NCBI GenBank assembly: GCA_963701855.1
Contig: CAVPBK010000006.1
Location: forward strand, 1,472,001-1,536,000
Origin: Nitrospirota bacterium
Lineage (GTDB): Bacteria; Nitrospirota; Nitrospiria; Nitrospirales; Nitrospiraceae
Length of the DNA stretch: 64,000 bases
Direction: 5' to 3'
The position numbers and the translations under genes are program-made. The notes under the pieces are model-generated. The model searched no databases. It was not told where the DNA came from and saw only the letters and a list, made by a program, of their open reading frames with translations. This document shows, one piece after another, positions 10,862 to 20,610 of the stretch. Each line of letters opens with the position of its first letter. Positions within the stretch are counted from its first letter, which is position 1.

Positions 10862-11044
10862 CAGGATGCTCAAAAAGGCCAGCCTTCTCACCCGCCCAGC
10901 CCTGGCGCGCCAAGACGCGCCTTCTCCCAAGCAAGGCCGCAACGAAAGGGTAGGCTGAGGTCAAGGTTGAGCAAAGATCAGACTCTCTTTATCTCAACCT
11001 TAGCCTCAACCTTCTTCGTACTGGCGGACTTTTTCAGCATCCTG
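10862..11044. repeat. MITE-like element with a nested 6-bp periodic hairpin
   Basis: CAGGATGCTCAAAAAG ... CTTTTTCAGCATCCTG ends; internal AGGCTGAGGTCAAGGTTGAG / CTCAACCTTAGCCTCAACCT. Confidence 0.7.
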
Positions 11045-11053
11045 TTAGATGCG

Positions 11054-11806
11054 TCAGCCTGCGTACTCAAAGGACAGGTCCCGAGACTGAACGAGACGAA
11101 CATTCGATAATCTTCCAGGTGAGAGAGAGGAGACCAGTTGTGCCCAGATGTGTTTGACCAGCTGCTCGCCGGTCACGGGCTGAGTCCCGAAGGATTGACG
11201 AAGCTCATGATGGCCGAACGTCTTCACCACCTTATCCTGTACCAAGCGATCCAGCGCGCCGATATCCGTCACCATTCCGGTTACTGGATCTATCGTGCCA
11301 TGGACCGTCACGAAGCAGTCCCACTCGCGGCCTTGATGGCCATCCTGCAGGGCCGTGAACGAGTAGCGTCGCGTGACGCTGGCGACGTCGAGCCCGGCCG
11401 CCGCCGTCACTTCGGCATACAGGTCTTCATCCTCATACAGCCGAATCGCGTGGAGCGTACCGATATTTTTCTGCGCGTCCAACTTGCTCCAGAGGACACA
11501 TGCCAGGTTTTCCGACGTGGGAATCCGGTCCTCGAAATAGGGCATATCCAGGTTCAAATTCTTATGGTCGAACTCTTCGAGCACATTGAGCAAGATGCGC
11601 TTCAAATCGAAGAGATTCACGACCATGCCGGTCTTCTGGTCCACCTCGCCTAAGACCGTCACCTCGACCATGTAGTTATGCCCATGCGCCGGGGGATTGT
11701 AGCAGCGGCCGAACACTGCACGGTTCTTGGCCTCATCCCATTCTGCCTTGAGATAGCGATGCGCAGCCGCAAACTCGATTCGTTTCGTCAGCAAGACTTT
11801 CGACAT
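11054..11806 (-). CDS. queD: 6-carboxytetrahydropterin/6-pyruvoyltetrahydropterin synthase, tandem domain
   Basis: FAAAH, CYNPPAHGHNY, DHKNLN, TSEN; second degenerate repeat. Confidence 0.8.
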   Translation of the reverse strand: MSKVLLTKRIEFAAAHRYLKAEWDEAKNRAVFGRCYNPPAHGHNYMVEVTVLGEVDQKTGMVVNLFDLKRILLNVLEEFDHKNLNLDMPYFEDRIPTSENLACVLWSKLDAQKNIGTLHAIRLYEDEDLYAEVTAAAGLDVASVTRRYSFTALQDGHQGREWDCFVTVHGTIDPVTGMVTDIGALDRLVQDKVVKTFGHHELRQSFGTQPVTGEQLVKHIWAQLVSSLSPGRLSNVRLVQSRDLSFEYAG

Positions 11807-11835
11807 CAGCTGATTCTCACTTCTAACACTCAGCA

Positions 11836-12417
11836 CTATTGTAAGTCAGAGAGCCACTCTTCGCGCATGCTCCCTGGAACAGGCGTCTCGGCATGGTACT
11901 CACGATGGCGCACTGTCAGCGTGACCGGCACATGCAAGTCGGCGAATGCGGCCGTCATCGACGCGGTCGGCCTGAATCGGACGAAATGCACCGCGCTGAT
12001 TTTTGTTTCATGACTATGGCCGCCTTCAAACTGCCCGAATATCTGTTGACTTCCGGCTCGAATCGCAAGGGTTTCGCCGTGATCGAGCCCCATGAACACA
12101 TCGAGCCACTCTTTCATCCGATCCTGCTCCGTAATCTCAATCAGCAATGTAGCGCTCAACTCACCGGAATCCGGCATGAGGGCATTATAGACGTCCAATT
12201 CATCCTGAACTTTGTGTGGATCGAGAATGTGCTCAACCCGGATCATTTCCTGAGTTTGAAACCGTAAGGTTTCACGGTTTTCGAAGATGAGCGTGATGAG
12301 CGGCCCGACGGAAATCCGTCGCCGCTGCTTGAGTGCGATGATGTGCGAGCGGAATTGCTCCCGCTGGCGTTCATAGTCAGCCGTGGGCAACAGATCAATC
12401 TGTGTCAGTTGTTTCAT
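11836..12417 (-). CDS. DUF3501 family protein
   Basis: FENRETLRFQTQEMIRVE, ELSATLLIEI, SAVHFVRF. Confidence 0.88.
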   Translation of the reverse strand: MKQLTQIDLLPTADYERQREQFRSHIIALKQRRRISVGPLITLIFENRETLRFQTQEMIRVEHILDPHKVQDELDVYNALMPDSGELSATLLIEITEQDRMKEWLDVFMGLDHGETLAIRAGSQQIFGQFEGGHSHETKISAVHFVRFRPTASMTAAFADLHVPVTLTVRHREYHAETPVPGSMREEWLSDLQ

Positions 12418-12432
12418 CGTTTTTCTCGCGCG

Positions 12433-13746
12433 TCACGAATGACGCTTCATGAATGACGGACCGGTTGAGGGCAACCCATAGGCATCGCGCACAATTTGAA
12501 TCGGGTGCTGCGTCGGCCTGCCGCCGGCATGGGCCATAGCGCCGGCCTGATCCAGCTGCAATCCCGCCAGTGGGCAATCGGACGCCACGAGATCGGCCGG
12601 ATCCTGTTCAATCACTCGAACGGCCTTCTGCGCGATCAGCATCGAAAGGGGAAAGAACTCTGTCTTGGCGGACCACGAACCGTCGTGCCCGGAGCATTTC
12701 TCAATCACCTCGACCTGCGCGCCGGCGCACTCCATGAGTTCCTTGGATTTGAATCCGATGTTCTGATCCCGCAAATGGCAGGGCACCTGGTAGGCGACTC
12801 GCCCAGGATTTTGTCGAAAGTCTGTGGCCAGTGTACCCTCCCGCTTTAACTTCATGAGATATTCACAGACATCGAACGTCCGTTCTGCCACGCGCCTCAC
12901 CTCATCGCCCCCGATAATCTCAGGATATTCCCGCTTCCACATCAAGCTGCAACTGGGCACGGGTACGACAATTTCGTAGCCTTTCTCCACCCAGGGCAAA
13001 AACGAGGCGACATTCGCCGAGGCGGCCTGCTGAATCGCCGTGGTATTGCCGATGTCGAACGAGGGCATGCCGCAACAGCGCTGTTCGGGAATCACGACAT
13101 GCACACCGTTCTTTTCAAGGACTTGTATCGTCGCTTTGCCGATATCCGTCGCTTGATAATCGACCAGGCAGCTTCCAAAGAGTGCGACCTTCCGCGGTGC
13201 GGAGGTAGGAACTTGTGACTTCCCTCGACGCACCCACCAATGGATAAACGTCTCCGGAGAAAATCGCAAGACCTGCCGATCCCGATGTACGCCGACCCAC
13301 GATTCTATCAGTCCGCGAAGAAACCGGAGGCCCAAAGTCCAATTGGCAAGAGACGCCATCAGACTCCCGAGGGGACCGATGATATCCGTCTTGATCAACA
13401 ACCGATCGCGCCAACTCACCCCCCGCGTTGCGGCAAGATGCTTTTTCCACGCGATCATCAAGCGGGGGAAATCGAGAGCATACTGATGCGGTGGTGTATA
13501 GGGACAGTGGTTGAAACAAAGTTTACAGTAATAGCATTCATCGACGATCCGATGATGGTCAGTCGGTGTGAGTTTCGCGACGTCTCCTTCGTACCGATCA
13601 ATGCCGTCAAGCAGCGTGTTGAACGACGGACACAGATTGAAACAGCGTCTGCAGCCATCGCAGACTTCATAGATGCGCTGCGTGTTTTTCTGGAGCTGCG
13701 CGGGGTCGATGGGATTGATCAGGCTCAGACCATTCACAGTGCCCAT
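12433..13746 (-). CDS. Fe-S oxidoreductase (GlpC/HdrD-like, CCG domains)
   Basis: CDGCRRCFNLC and CYYCKLCFNHC ferredoxin motifs, CCGMP, CSGHDG. Confidence 0.88.
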   Translation of the reverse strand: MGTVNGLSLINPIDPAQLQKNTQRIYEVCDGCRRCFNLCPSFNTLLDGIDRYEGDVAKLTPTDHHRIVDECYYCKLCFNHCPYTPPHQYALDFPRLMIAWKKHLAATRGVSWRDRLLIKTDIIGPLGSLMASLANWTLGLRFLRGLIESWVGVHRDRQVLRFSPETFIHWWVRRGKSQVPTSAPRKVALFGSCLVDYQATDIGKATIQVLEKNGVHVVIPEQRCCGMPSFDIGNTTAIQQAASANVASFLPWVEKGYEIVVPVPSCSLMWKREYPEIIGGDEVRRVAERTFDVCEYLMKLKREGTLATDFRQNPGRVAYQVPCHLRDQNIGFKSKELMECAGAQVEVIEKCSGHDGSWSAKTEFFPLSMLIAQKAVRVIEQDPADLVASDCPLAGLQLDQAGAMAHAGGRPTQHPIQIVRDAYGLPSTGPSFMKRHS

Positions 13747-13843
13747 TGTCTCCTGTGAGGTCCCGTGAATACAAGATCGGAACGCACAAAGGGTGAGCTG
13801 GAGCACCCCAGCTCACCCTCGTGATGTCAGACAGAGAACAGAG

Positions 13844-14272
13844 CTAGGGCTGCTTCAGGCTGTCGAGCCCCTTCGTGAAGCGATTCGCATGGGACCGCTC
13901 GGCCTTCGCGAGTGTCTCGAACCATTCGGCAAGTTCAGGAAATCCCTCGTCCCTGGCTGTTTTGGACATGCCAGGGTACATCTGCGTGTATTCGTAGGTT
14001 TCGCCTTCGACCGCCGACTTCAGATTGGCTTCGGTATTGCCGATCGGCACCCCGGTCGCCGGATCCCCGACTTCCTTCAAGAAATCCAGGTGCCCGAACG
14101 CGTGGCCAGTTTCTGCCTCGGACGTATCGCGGAACAAGCCTCCGATATCGGGGAAACCCTCAATGTCCGCTCGTCGGGCGAAATAGAGATAGCGCCGATT
14201 GGCTTGGGACTCACCGGCAAATGCACCCTTGAGATTGTCGTGGCTCTTGGTCCCTTTTAAACTCTTCCCCAT
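13844..14272 (-). CDS. rbr: Rubrerythrin (short form, no rubredoxin domain)
   Basis: [33 protein letters not shown]. Confidence 0.93.
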   Translation of the reverse strand: MGKSLKGTKSHDNLKGAFAGESQANRRYLYFARRADIEGFPDIGGLFRDTSEAETGHAFGHLDFLKEVGDPATGVPIGNTEANLKSAVEGETYEYTQMYPGMSKTARDEGFPELAEWFETLAKAERSHANRFTKGLDSLKQP

Positions 14273-14378
14273 CGTATCCTCCTTATGCTTAGAAAGCGTA
14301 CCGTCACTCTGCCCGGGATCTTATCACTATGCCCTCGGTGAATAACATAGCGGTCATCGTGGAATCAATGGGGCCTCT

Positions 14379-14939
14379 TCATCCGGCCGATCGATACCGT
14401 GGTAACTCTGGCTCCATTTCGGCCAAAGACTTGTAGGTTTGGTCCTTCGCAGACAAGGTGGGTGTTGCAACCGGCCAAGGAATGGCGAGAGCCGGATCGT
14501 TCCAGACGATGCCCCGCTCGTTGCTCGGCGCATAATAGTCCGTGCACTTGTACAGAAACGAAGCGCGGTCGCTGATCACACAGAATCCATGCGCACAGCC
14601 TGGTGGCACATAGACTTGGAGGCGATTCTCGGCCGAGAGCTCTGCTCCATACCACCGACCAAAGCTCGGTGACCCCTTTCGGATATCCACTACGATATCG
14701 TAGACGGCTCCGTCCGTCACCATCACAATCTTCCCCTGGGCATGAGGTTCTTGATAGTGGAGCCCACGCAATGTGCCACGCAGAGACTGTGAAAGATTAT
14801 CCTGAACAAAGGGACCGGGAATGCCTGCGTCCGCATACCGGCGTGCATGGTACGTCTCAAGAAAGAGCCCCCGTGGGTCGCGGAAGACATTCGGTTCAAT
14901 CAGTAATAGGTCTGGGATATCGGTGGTCGTGACCCGCAC
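14379..14939 (-). CDS. rfbC: dTDP-4-dehydrorhamnose 3,5-epimerase
   Basis: DPRGLFLE, FVQDN, LRGLHYQ, AHGF, YKC motifs. Confidence 0.95.
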   Translation of the reverse strand: MRVTTTDIPDLLLIEPNVFRDPRGLFLETYHARRYADAGIPGPFVQDNLSQSLRGTLRGLHYQEPHAQGKIVMVTDGAVYDIVVDIRKGSPSFGRWYGAELSAENRLQVYVPPGCAHGFCVISDRASFLYKCTDYYAPSNERGIVWNDPALAIPWPVATPTLSAKDQTYKSLAEMEPELPRYRSAG

Positions 14940-15021
14940 GATGCTCCTCTCCGTCCGCTCGTCTGTCTCTCATGCGCGGGACAGGCAAGCAGGATGTTGC
15001 AACAGTCATCTGGCACAAAGA

Positions 15022-15100
15022 AGGTTGAGGCTCAGGCTAAGGTTGAGCCTCAGACGAAGAAAGTGAGATCTTCGCTCAACCTGAACCTCGACCTTAGCCT
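15022..15100. repeat. 6-bp periodic inverted-repeat hairpin (AGGTTG / CAACCT family)
   Basis: AGGTTGAGGCTCAGGCTAAGGTTGAG ... CTCAACCTGAACCTCGACCTTAGCCT; copies at ~10952, 15588, 17839. Confidence 0.7.
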
Positions 15101-15114
15101 GTTTGCTCGCGCTG

Positions 15115-15522
15115 CTAACCCGGTGCCGGATTTTCCGGATCGACGATCTCAGGAGGATCGGGGTACAATTGCCCAAGTCGATCGATCAACGGCTTCGCGG
15201 CCGGTGTACTCTCGTGGGTCGGCTCACTCACCGGGTGGTCCCAGGTAAGGGTACGAATGCCTGCCTCCGCCAGTAACGAGCGGATCGTAGCCAGACAGGC
15301 TTCCAGCGTTAATTCTGTGCCCTCGCGAAGATCGAGCACGCGTTCCTTGGGATCAGTTGGTGGAGCCTCGGTATGGGTGAGTGCCCAACAGCGGTCGAAA
15401 ATAATGGTTCGAAGCTCCAACGGCACATTCAGTGACGTGAGATCAGCCGTACAGAGGGCTGATACGAACAGGACGAACTGTAAATCCGGCATCCCGGAAT
15501 TCTGGATATCCAAGGACGGCAT
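15115..15522 (-). CDS. Hypothetical protein
   Basis: 135-aa ORF with protein-like composition filling an intergenic gap. Confidence 0.6.
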   Translation of the reverse strand: MPSLDIQNSGMPDLQFVLFVSALCTADLTSLNVPLELRTIIFDRCWALTHTEAPPTDPKERVLDLREGTELTLEACLATIRSLLAEAGIRTLTWDHPVSEPTHESTPAAKPLIDRLGQLYPDPPEIVDPENPAPG

Positions 15523-15687
15523 GGCCGAGCATTATCGATGGCGACCGGCACGGAGTCAACGGGCGAAGGGCCCCAGCGGTAGAGAAAAGGTTCAGGTTAA
15601 GGCTAAGGGTGAGATGAGGAAAGTCAGATCCTTGCTCAACCTTAACCTTGACCTCAACCTGCTTCATTCAATGAGGAGTGTCCGACT

Positions 15688-15960
15688 ATGATTACCATTT
15701 CTTTGATGGGTCAGCTTCAAACTGCCGATGGCGAACGGGACCTCGCTTGTCATGTTCCGTCCCCCATGTCCGTCCGTCAGGTGATCCAGCGGCAGGGCAT
15801 TCAGTTGCGCCATCTTCTCCAGCTCATTCGCGAGAAGAAAGTGCTGGTGACCATCAATAAGAAGATTGCCAGTGAGGACTCACTGGTTCAGGACGGCGAC
15901 GCAATCAGGCTAGTGGGGCACGACGGCATGGGCGGAACGGGGTTAGGCCCCTCGATGTAA
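15688..15960 (+). CDS. MoaD/ThiS-family ubiquitin-like protein
   Basis: Beta-grasp pattern, VQDGDAIRLV..GG near the C-terminus; GAGGAG RBS. Confidence 0.7.
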   Translation: MITISLMGQLQTADGERDLACHVPSPMSVRQVIQRQGIQLRHLLQLIREKKVLVTINKKIASEDSLVQDGDAIRLVGHDGMGGTGLGPSM

Positions 15961-16068
15961 CACAGCCACAAAAGTACAGGGCCGGTTCCCCGAGCGGGGA
16001 ACCGGCCCTGTGATTCTTCATGCGGCCTAAACGGGGCCGGAGAAAGATATGTTGCGAACGATCTTCGC

Positions 16069-16356
16069 TTACTTCTTCCCGAGGATCGCATCCTTGGCGG
16101 CTTTGGCCACGCGGAACTTGACCACACGCTTGGCAGGGATCTTGATGGCCTCGCCAGTCTGTGGATTCCGTCCCATGCGGGCCTTGCGGTTCGCCAATAC
16201 GAGCTTCCCGATCCCTGGTATCACGAACACGTTCTTCGCTTCCTTGTAGGCCAAGGCGGCAAAGTCGTCCATGAGCTGGACGGACGCTTTCTTGGTCAAC
16301 CCGGTCTTCTGGGCCAGGTAATCGGCGATCTGCGACTTGGTCATTGATTTAGCCAT
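16069..16356 (-). CDS. hup: HU-family DNA-binding protein
   Basis: MTKSQI, ARMGRNPQTGEAIKIPAK..VKFR. Confidence 0.93.
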   Translation of the reverse strand: MAKSMTKSQIADYLAQKTGLTKKASVQLMDDFAALAYKEAKNVFVIPGIGKLVLANRKARMGRNPQTGEAIKIPAKRVVKFRVAKAAKDAILGKK

Positions 16357-16651
16357 GCGAGCAACCTCCTTAAAAAAGAACAAAGATGGTGAATGGTGAA
16401 ATGTAGTAAACTCGCCCCTCGTGACTCCGCTCAGATTCAATGAATATTCATGAACGAATAGTCGTGTCGTTGGAAGCGGCGAAAACCTGCGGGAGTCTAT
16501 CCAAGCGCTCCGAGGCTGTCAACCAGAAAAACACAAGCCAGGCGTAGGAAAGCGCCTTTATCGCCTTCTTGCAGTTTCGAGACCAGCCAGCGTACAGTAC
16601 GGTCGTCCAGCGTATTTTTGAGTCACTAGTGCCATATCTCGAGTTGCTAGC

Positions 16652-17209
16652 ATGGCAAAAGAACTACCGATTCTGCCATCAACCGCCCAACCGACTGACG
16701 AGGAACAGGCCGAGCCGCACCAGTATTCTCGCGTGTTTTGTCAAAAGGAAAATTCCCCCCCGCTCCGTTTGCTCTTGGAGTTCCTCACCTCACGCGGTCA
16801 GACGCCTATCACTCCACCGAACATGGACGACAGCATGTTGGATGAATGGGCCTGGGTTCAGGTGACGCTCGGGTACGATCGCAATAGAAAGCCGATCCAA
16901 GTGGTCTGTGTCCGGGATCGAGGCACGTATCAGGACGTATTCGACAAAGAGAAGGAACAGTTTTTAGCCATCCTCGCTGCTCACGACGATGTCGAGGCGG
17001 GACTTGTGCGTGGGTTTGTGGAACGCGCGCGGTTTGTGCTCACGACCCGGTTCGCCCAGAATGATATGACCGACGAAGGCTATGACTTCAACGGATGGAT
17101 CCTGGAATTCTTCCAAGACCAATGCAGCGGAATCGTCCAGATTGATAACCAGGGCTTCTACTCACCCAAAGGCGATCTCATCGTCGACCTCTCCATCAAA
17201 GTAGAATGA
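16652..17209 (+). CDS. Hypothetical protein
   Basis: 185-aa acidic ORF, adjacent to the next gene. Confidence 0.7.
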   Translation: MAKELPILPSTAQPTDEEQAEPHQYSRVFCQKENSPPLRLLLEFLTSRGQTPITPPNMDDSMLDEWAWVQVTLGYDRNRKPIQVVCVRDRGTYQDVFDKEKEQFLAILAAHDDVEAGLVRGFVERARFVLTTRFAQNDMTDEGYDFNGWILEFFQDQCSGIVQIDNQGFYSPKGDLIVDLSIKVE

Positions 17210-17215
17210 GCAACA

Positions 17216-17845
17216 GTGGCAGGCCCGACTCCACCCGATCCTCCTCCGCTGTATCAAAAAACCGATCACTGGTTCCAGCGGGCCACTGCCGCCCTGCTGG
17301 GTGAAGTTCCCTGCCGACTCGGCTGCACCAGCTGTTGTATCGGCCCCTTTCCCATCACCATCCTCGACGTCCAGACCCTCCAACAGGGACTCGCCGCTCT
17401 TCCGCCGGATCACCGCCATCGCATCGAACAGCGCGCCATCAAACAGACCGCCGCCATGGAGGCCTCGTTCCCACAACTGATTCACACCGACCTGCTCGAT
17501 AATTGGCCCGATCGGGAGATCGATCGACTGGTCACAGAATTTCACCACCATTCCTGTCCAGCGCTGGAAGCCGACGGGCGCTGCGGCATCTACCATCACC
17601 GACCGCTGGCCTGCCGATCGATGGGCATCCCGACAGAAGATCGCGGTCTGGCCCATGGCGCCTGCGAAGTCCAAACCTTCATCCCGATCCTGCGGCTCCC
17701 CTCCGCATTCAGAGAGGAAGAAGATCGCTTGGCGCAGGAGGAAGCGGCTTCACTAGCTGCGCTTCGTCGGGCCACCGGATCAACAGGAGAAGAAGTATTC
17801 CTGCCCTACGGGTTCTTGGCGAGCCGCATCAAGCAAGTAGGCTGA
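17216..17845 (+). CDS. YkgJ-family cysteine cluster protein
   Basis: CRLGCTSCC, CPAL...CGIYHHRPLACR. Confidence 0.88.
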   Translation: MAGPTPPDPPPLYQKTDHWFQRATAALLGEVPCRLGCTSCCIGPFPITILDVQTLQQGLAALPPDHRHRIEQRAIKQTAAMEASFPQLIHTDLLDNWPDREIDRLVTEFHHHSCPALEADGRCGIYHHRPLACRSMGIPTEDRGLAHGACEVQTFIPILRLPSAFREEEDRLAQEEAASLAALRRATGSTGEEVFLPYGFLASRIKQVG

Positions 17846-17997
17846 GGTCGAGGTCAAGGTTGAGCGAAGATCTGACGTTCTCATCTTAGCCTCAATTAGC
17901 CTGAACCTCAACCTTCTCCGCGCAGCGAACCTTTTCAGCATCCGGCCTAGACAGAGGTTAAAATCCTGTGCTAGTCTCAGCCCCCTTGGTTGCAGGA

Positions 17998-18074
17998 GCG
18001 CCTGTAGCTCAGCTGGATAGAGCATCAGCCTCCGGAGCTGAGGGCCACAGGTTCAAATCCTGTCAGGCGCACCA
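17998..18074 (+). tRNA. tRNA-Arg(CCG)
   Basis: Cloverleaf, anticodon loop CTCCGGA, GGTTCAAATCC T-arm, encoded CCA. Confidence 0.96.
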
Positions 18075-18128
18075 AACACAGGCAAGGAACAGGGCCGCAC
18101 ACAGATATCCGCCACATACATACCCGGT

Positions 18129-18204
<76 letters not shown>

Positions 18205-18524
18205 AACCTCGCTTGCGCGTGCCGCCGCGTTCGATCACATCGCGGCGGATATCCAATACCACCAGTGATCTTCTTCCTCTATACCAAACCTCGCTTGCGC
18301 GTGCCGGCGGCCATTCAGGCGAAGCCTCTCTTCATTGACGCCGCCGGATAACTCCCTCCAGTGGACCCTCACTTTCTTTTGCTTTCTCGATTTCCCCATT
18401 CCAAAAGAGCTCTTGCAAAGACCCTCTGGCTTTGAAAGATTTGGCTATATTTCCTTCAAAGGTACAATGGCTTCGTAATAGAGAACGGTGCCAGACACCT
18501 GTACTTGAGCAGAAATGCCGCACG

Positions 18525-18881
18525 TTACCCAGCGACCTTGTCCAATTTCCCGGTGATCCTCGTACGGACTGTCCCTCGCCGTCGCCCACTGGGAGCCTTG
18601 CGAACCGTGACTTCTACGTCTTGGCCTAACAGGGAAAGAAAGTGAATGAGGCGTTCGATAGAGAATCCCGCCATCTGACCGGCGAGGAGTTTTGAGACCT
18701 TAGCCTGGTCGATCCCTAGTTGAGCCGCCGCTTCGACCTGTTTCCACCCCCGCCTCTTGATGGTTTCTTGAAGCGCTTGAAGCAGACCGCTTTTCAGAAT
18801 TAGTTCTGCGGACTTTTCCTCTGAGAACCCCAAGTCCCTAAATACACTCCCGCTGCCTTTAGTGACTGTCGCGCGTGTCAT
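18525..18881 (-). CDS. higA: XRE-family HTH antitoxin (HigA-like)
   Basis: GSGSVFRDLG, QVEAAAQLGIDQAKVSKL, FSIERL; 4-nt overlap with the toxin gene. Confidence 0.85.
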   Translation of the reverse strand: MTRATVTKGSGSVFRDLGFSEEKSAELILKSGLLQALQETIKRRGWKQVEAAAQLGIDQAKVSKLLAGQMAGFSIERLIHFLSLLGQDVEVTVRKAPSGRRRGTVRTRITGKLDKVAG

Positions 18882-19216
18882 AGCTGTTGCTCCTTCCTCC
18901 ACTTCAATAAGTCGGCATATCGGCCCTTGGCAAGTTGGATATCGACTTTCGGAGTCTTCTGAGAGCGCTTCTCGAAGACATGCAGCACGTAGATCGCCTC
19001 CTCAAGCTTGGCGACGTAGAGAACCCGATAGGTCCCGCTTTCTTCCCAGACGCGGATCTCCTGCACACCGGCCCCAACCGTTGGCATGGGCTTCCAATCA
19101 TCCGGTTCTTTTCCTTGCTGTACCTTGAACAGTTGATGCCCCGCGGCTTCCCTGGCATTTTCGGGAAGCTCCCGCATGTCCTCCCGAGACGATCCGACGA
19201 AATGAACCGGCTTCAT
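18878..19216 (-). CDS. higB: RelE/HigB (Gp49-like) toxin
   Basis: PDDWKPMPTVGAGVQEIR, YRVLYV, VLHVFEKRSQKT; toxin-first order. Confidence 0.88.
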   Translation of the reverse strand: MKPVHFVGSSREDMRELPENAREAAGHQLFKVQQGKEPDDWKPMPTVGAGVQEIRVWEESGTYRVLYVAKLEEAIYVLHVFEKRSQKTPKVDIQLAKGRYADLLKWRKEQQL

Positions 19217-19403
19217 TCAAGTCCTGCTGTACGGTGCTCTATGGTAGCCTGCCGCACGCTATGATATGCTACAATTGGCATATCTGAAAGAGGCCCGGTG
19301 AGTTGTTGAAAGCGGACCCTAACGGAGGTATCACACTTATCACAATATGATAGTTTTGAGGCACAAAGGCCTGCTGACTTTCGATGTCCGATTGAAAATT
19401 GCT

Positions 19404-19430
19404 GGGCCGTAGGTTCGACCCCTACACGGC
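19404..19430 (+). repeat. Short copy of tRNA-Lys 3' part (att remnant)
   Basis: GGGCCGTAGGTTCGACCCCTACACGGC identical to the tRNA-Lys T-arm region. Confidence 0.8.
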
Positions 19431-19455
19431 TCTGATTTATTGAATTGAAGCGGGG

Positions 19456-20451
19456 ATGTTCATGAAATTAATGCTTTGTAATATCGGGTGGCCAACCAAG
19501 TACGAAGGCTCCTTTCTTAAGGGTAGTCATGAATTCATAAAGAAACACAAAGGGGACGGATCGGAACGATGGAATTTCAAGAAGTTTCCGGACGGCAAGG
19601 TGTATGGATACATCAGGGGAATGGGAGGAAAGAGCCACTCTCCTCCTCAAGTGTCTGCAAATCTACAGAGTGGATGGACAATCCTTTACTATGCAAAAGA
19701 TCCCGATGATCAGATCCTAAAGTTTGTCGGATTCTATCGAAATGCTACTGTTTATTCTCGGTGGCGAGACCATCCAATCGATAAGGCCATTCGAGGAGAG
19801 ACTGAAAAGCATGTGTACTGCGCAACAACTTCCGCTCGTCAGGCGATATTGTTTCCGGAAGATAGGCGCCCGGTTCTCGGGAAAGGCTTTGGCCAAGCGG
19901 GCTTTGTTTATCTCACAAACCCGAAGACTCGAAAGATATCCAGGGGAAATGCAAGCCTCTACAAGCGAGTCCTCAGCCACCTAAAGGGCCGTCTTCCCCA
20001 CCCAGTAGACGACAAGAAAGTGAGGAGGCGTGCTTCGCCAACCACTATTGATCAGGAGCACCGCGAGGCTGTGGAAAAGGTGTCGATGTCATTTGTAACG
20101 CGCCAGCTCCGGAGGGAAGGATTTTCAGTGAAGGATATCTCACGGGAGAAAATCGGATTCGATCTCCAGTGCGCGCGAGGCGCAGATGTTGTGTATGTGG
20201 AAGTTAAAGGGACAGCTGGAACTGAACCCAGGTTTATCATCACTAAAAACGAGATCGAGTTTATGGAAAAAGACCCGTCTGCAATAATCGCCATCGTCAC
20301 CACTGCACTTGCTCAGCCAATGCTCCACGCTCTAAAGGGATTGAATATTCAGAAGGCATATAATTTAAGGCCTCTCCAGCTCGAGGCCATACCTCGCCTC
20401 AATAATTCGCACATAATTACTCGCAGGAAAAAGATGTTTAACCTGCCTTAG
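19456..20451 (+). CDS. DUF3883 (NOV-type PD-(D/E)xK) nuclease with an uncharacterised N-terminal domain
   Basis: C-terminal VE..., GFDL, YVEVKGT, ITKNE motifs; lower GC. Confidence 0.78.
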   Translation: MFMKLMLCNIGWPTKYEGSFLKGSHEFIKKHKGDGSERWNFKKFPDGKVYGYIRGMGGKSHSPPQVSANLQSGWTILYYAKDPDDQILKFVGFYRNATVYSRWRDHPIDKAIRGETEKHVYCATTSARQAILFPEDRRPVLGKGFGQAGFVYLTNPKTRKISRGNASLYKRVLSHLKGRLPHPVDDKKVRRRASPTTIDQEHREAVEKVSMSFVTRQLRREGFSVKDISREKIGFDLQCARGADVVYVEVKGTAGTEPRFIITKNEIEFMEKDPSAIIAIVTTALAQPMLHALKGLNIQKAYNLRPLQLEAIPRLNNSHIITRRKKMFNLP

Positions 20452-20610
20452 GGGGGAAGGAATGAGCCATCTCTACCTGCTTGCGCTGATCTCCAGGCGG
20501 GGAGTAGGCTCAGCATTCGTGGGTCAAGTAAAACTTAGACATTGCCAGCAGACGTATTTTCCGATAATAATGTGTCGCACACTCTGCGAATTCCGATCAG
20601 CTTCAGCTCC

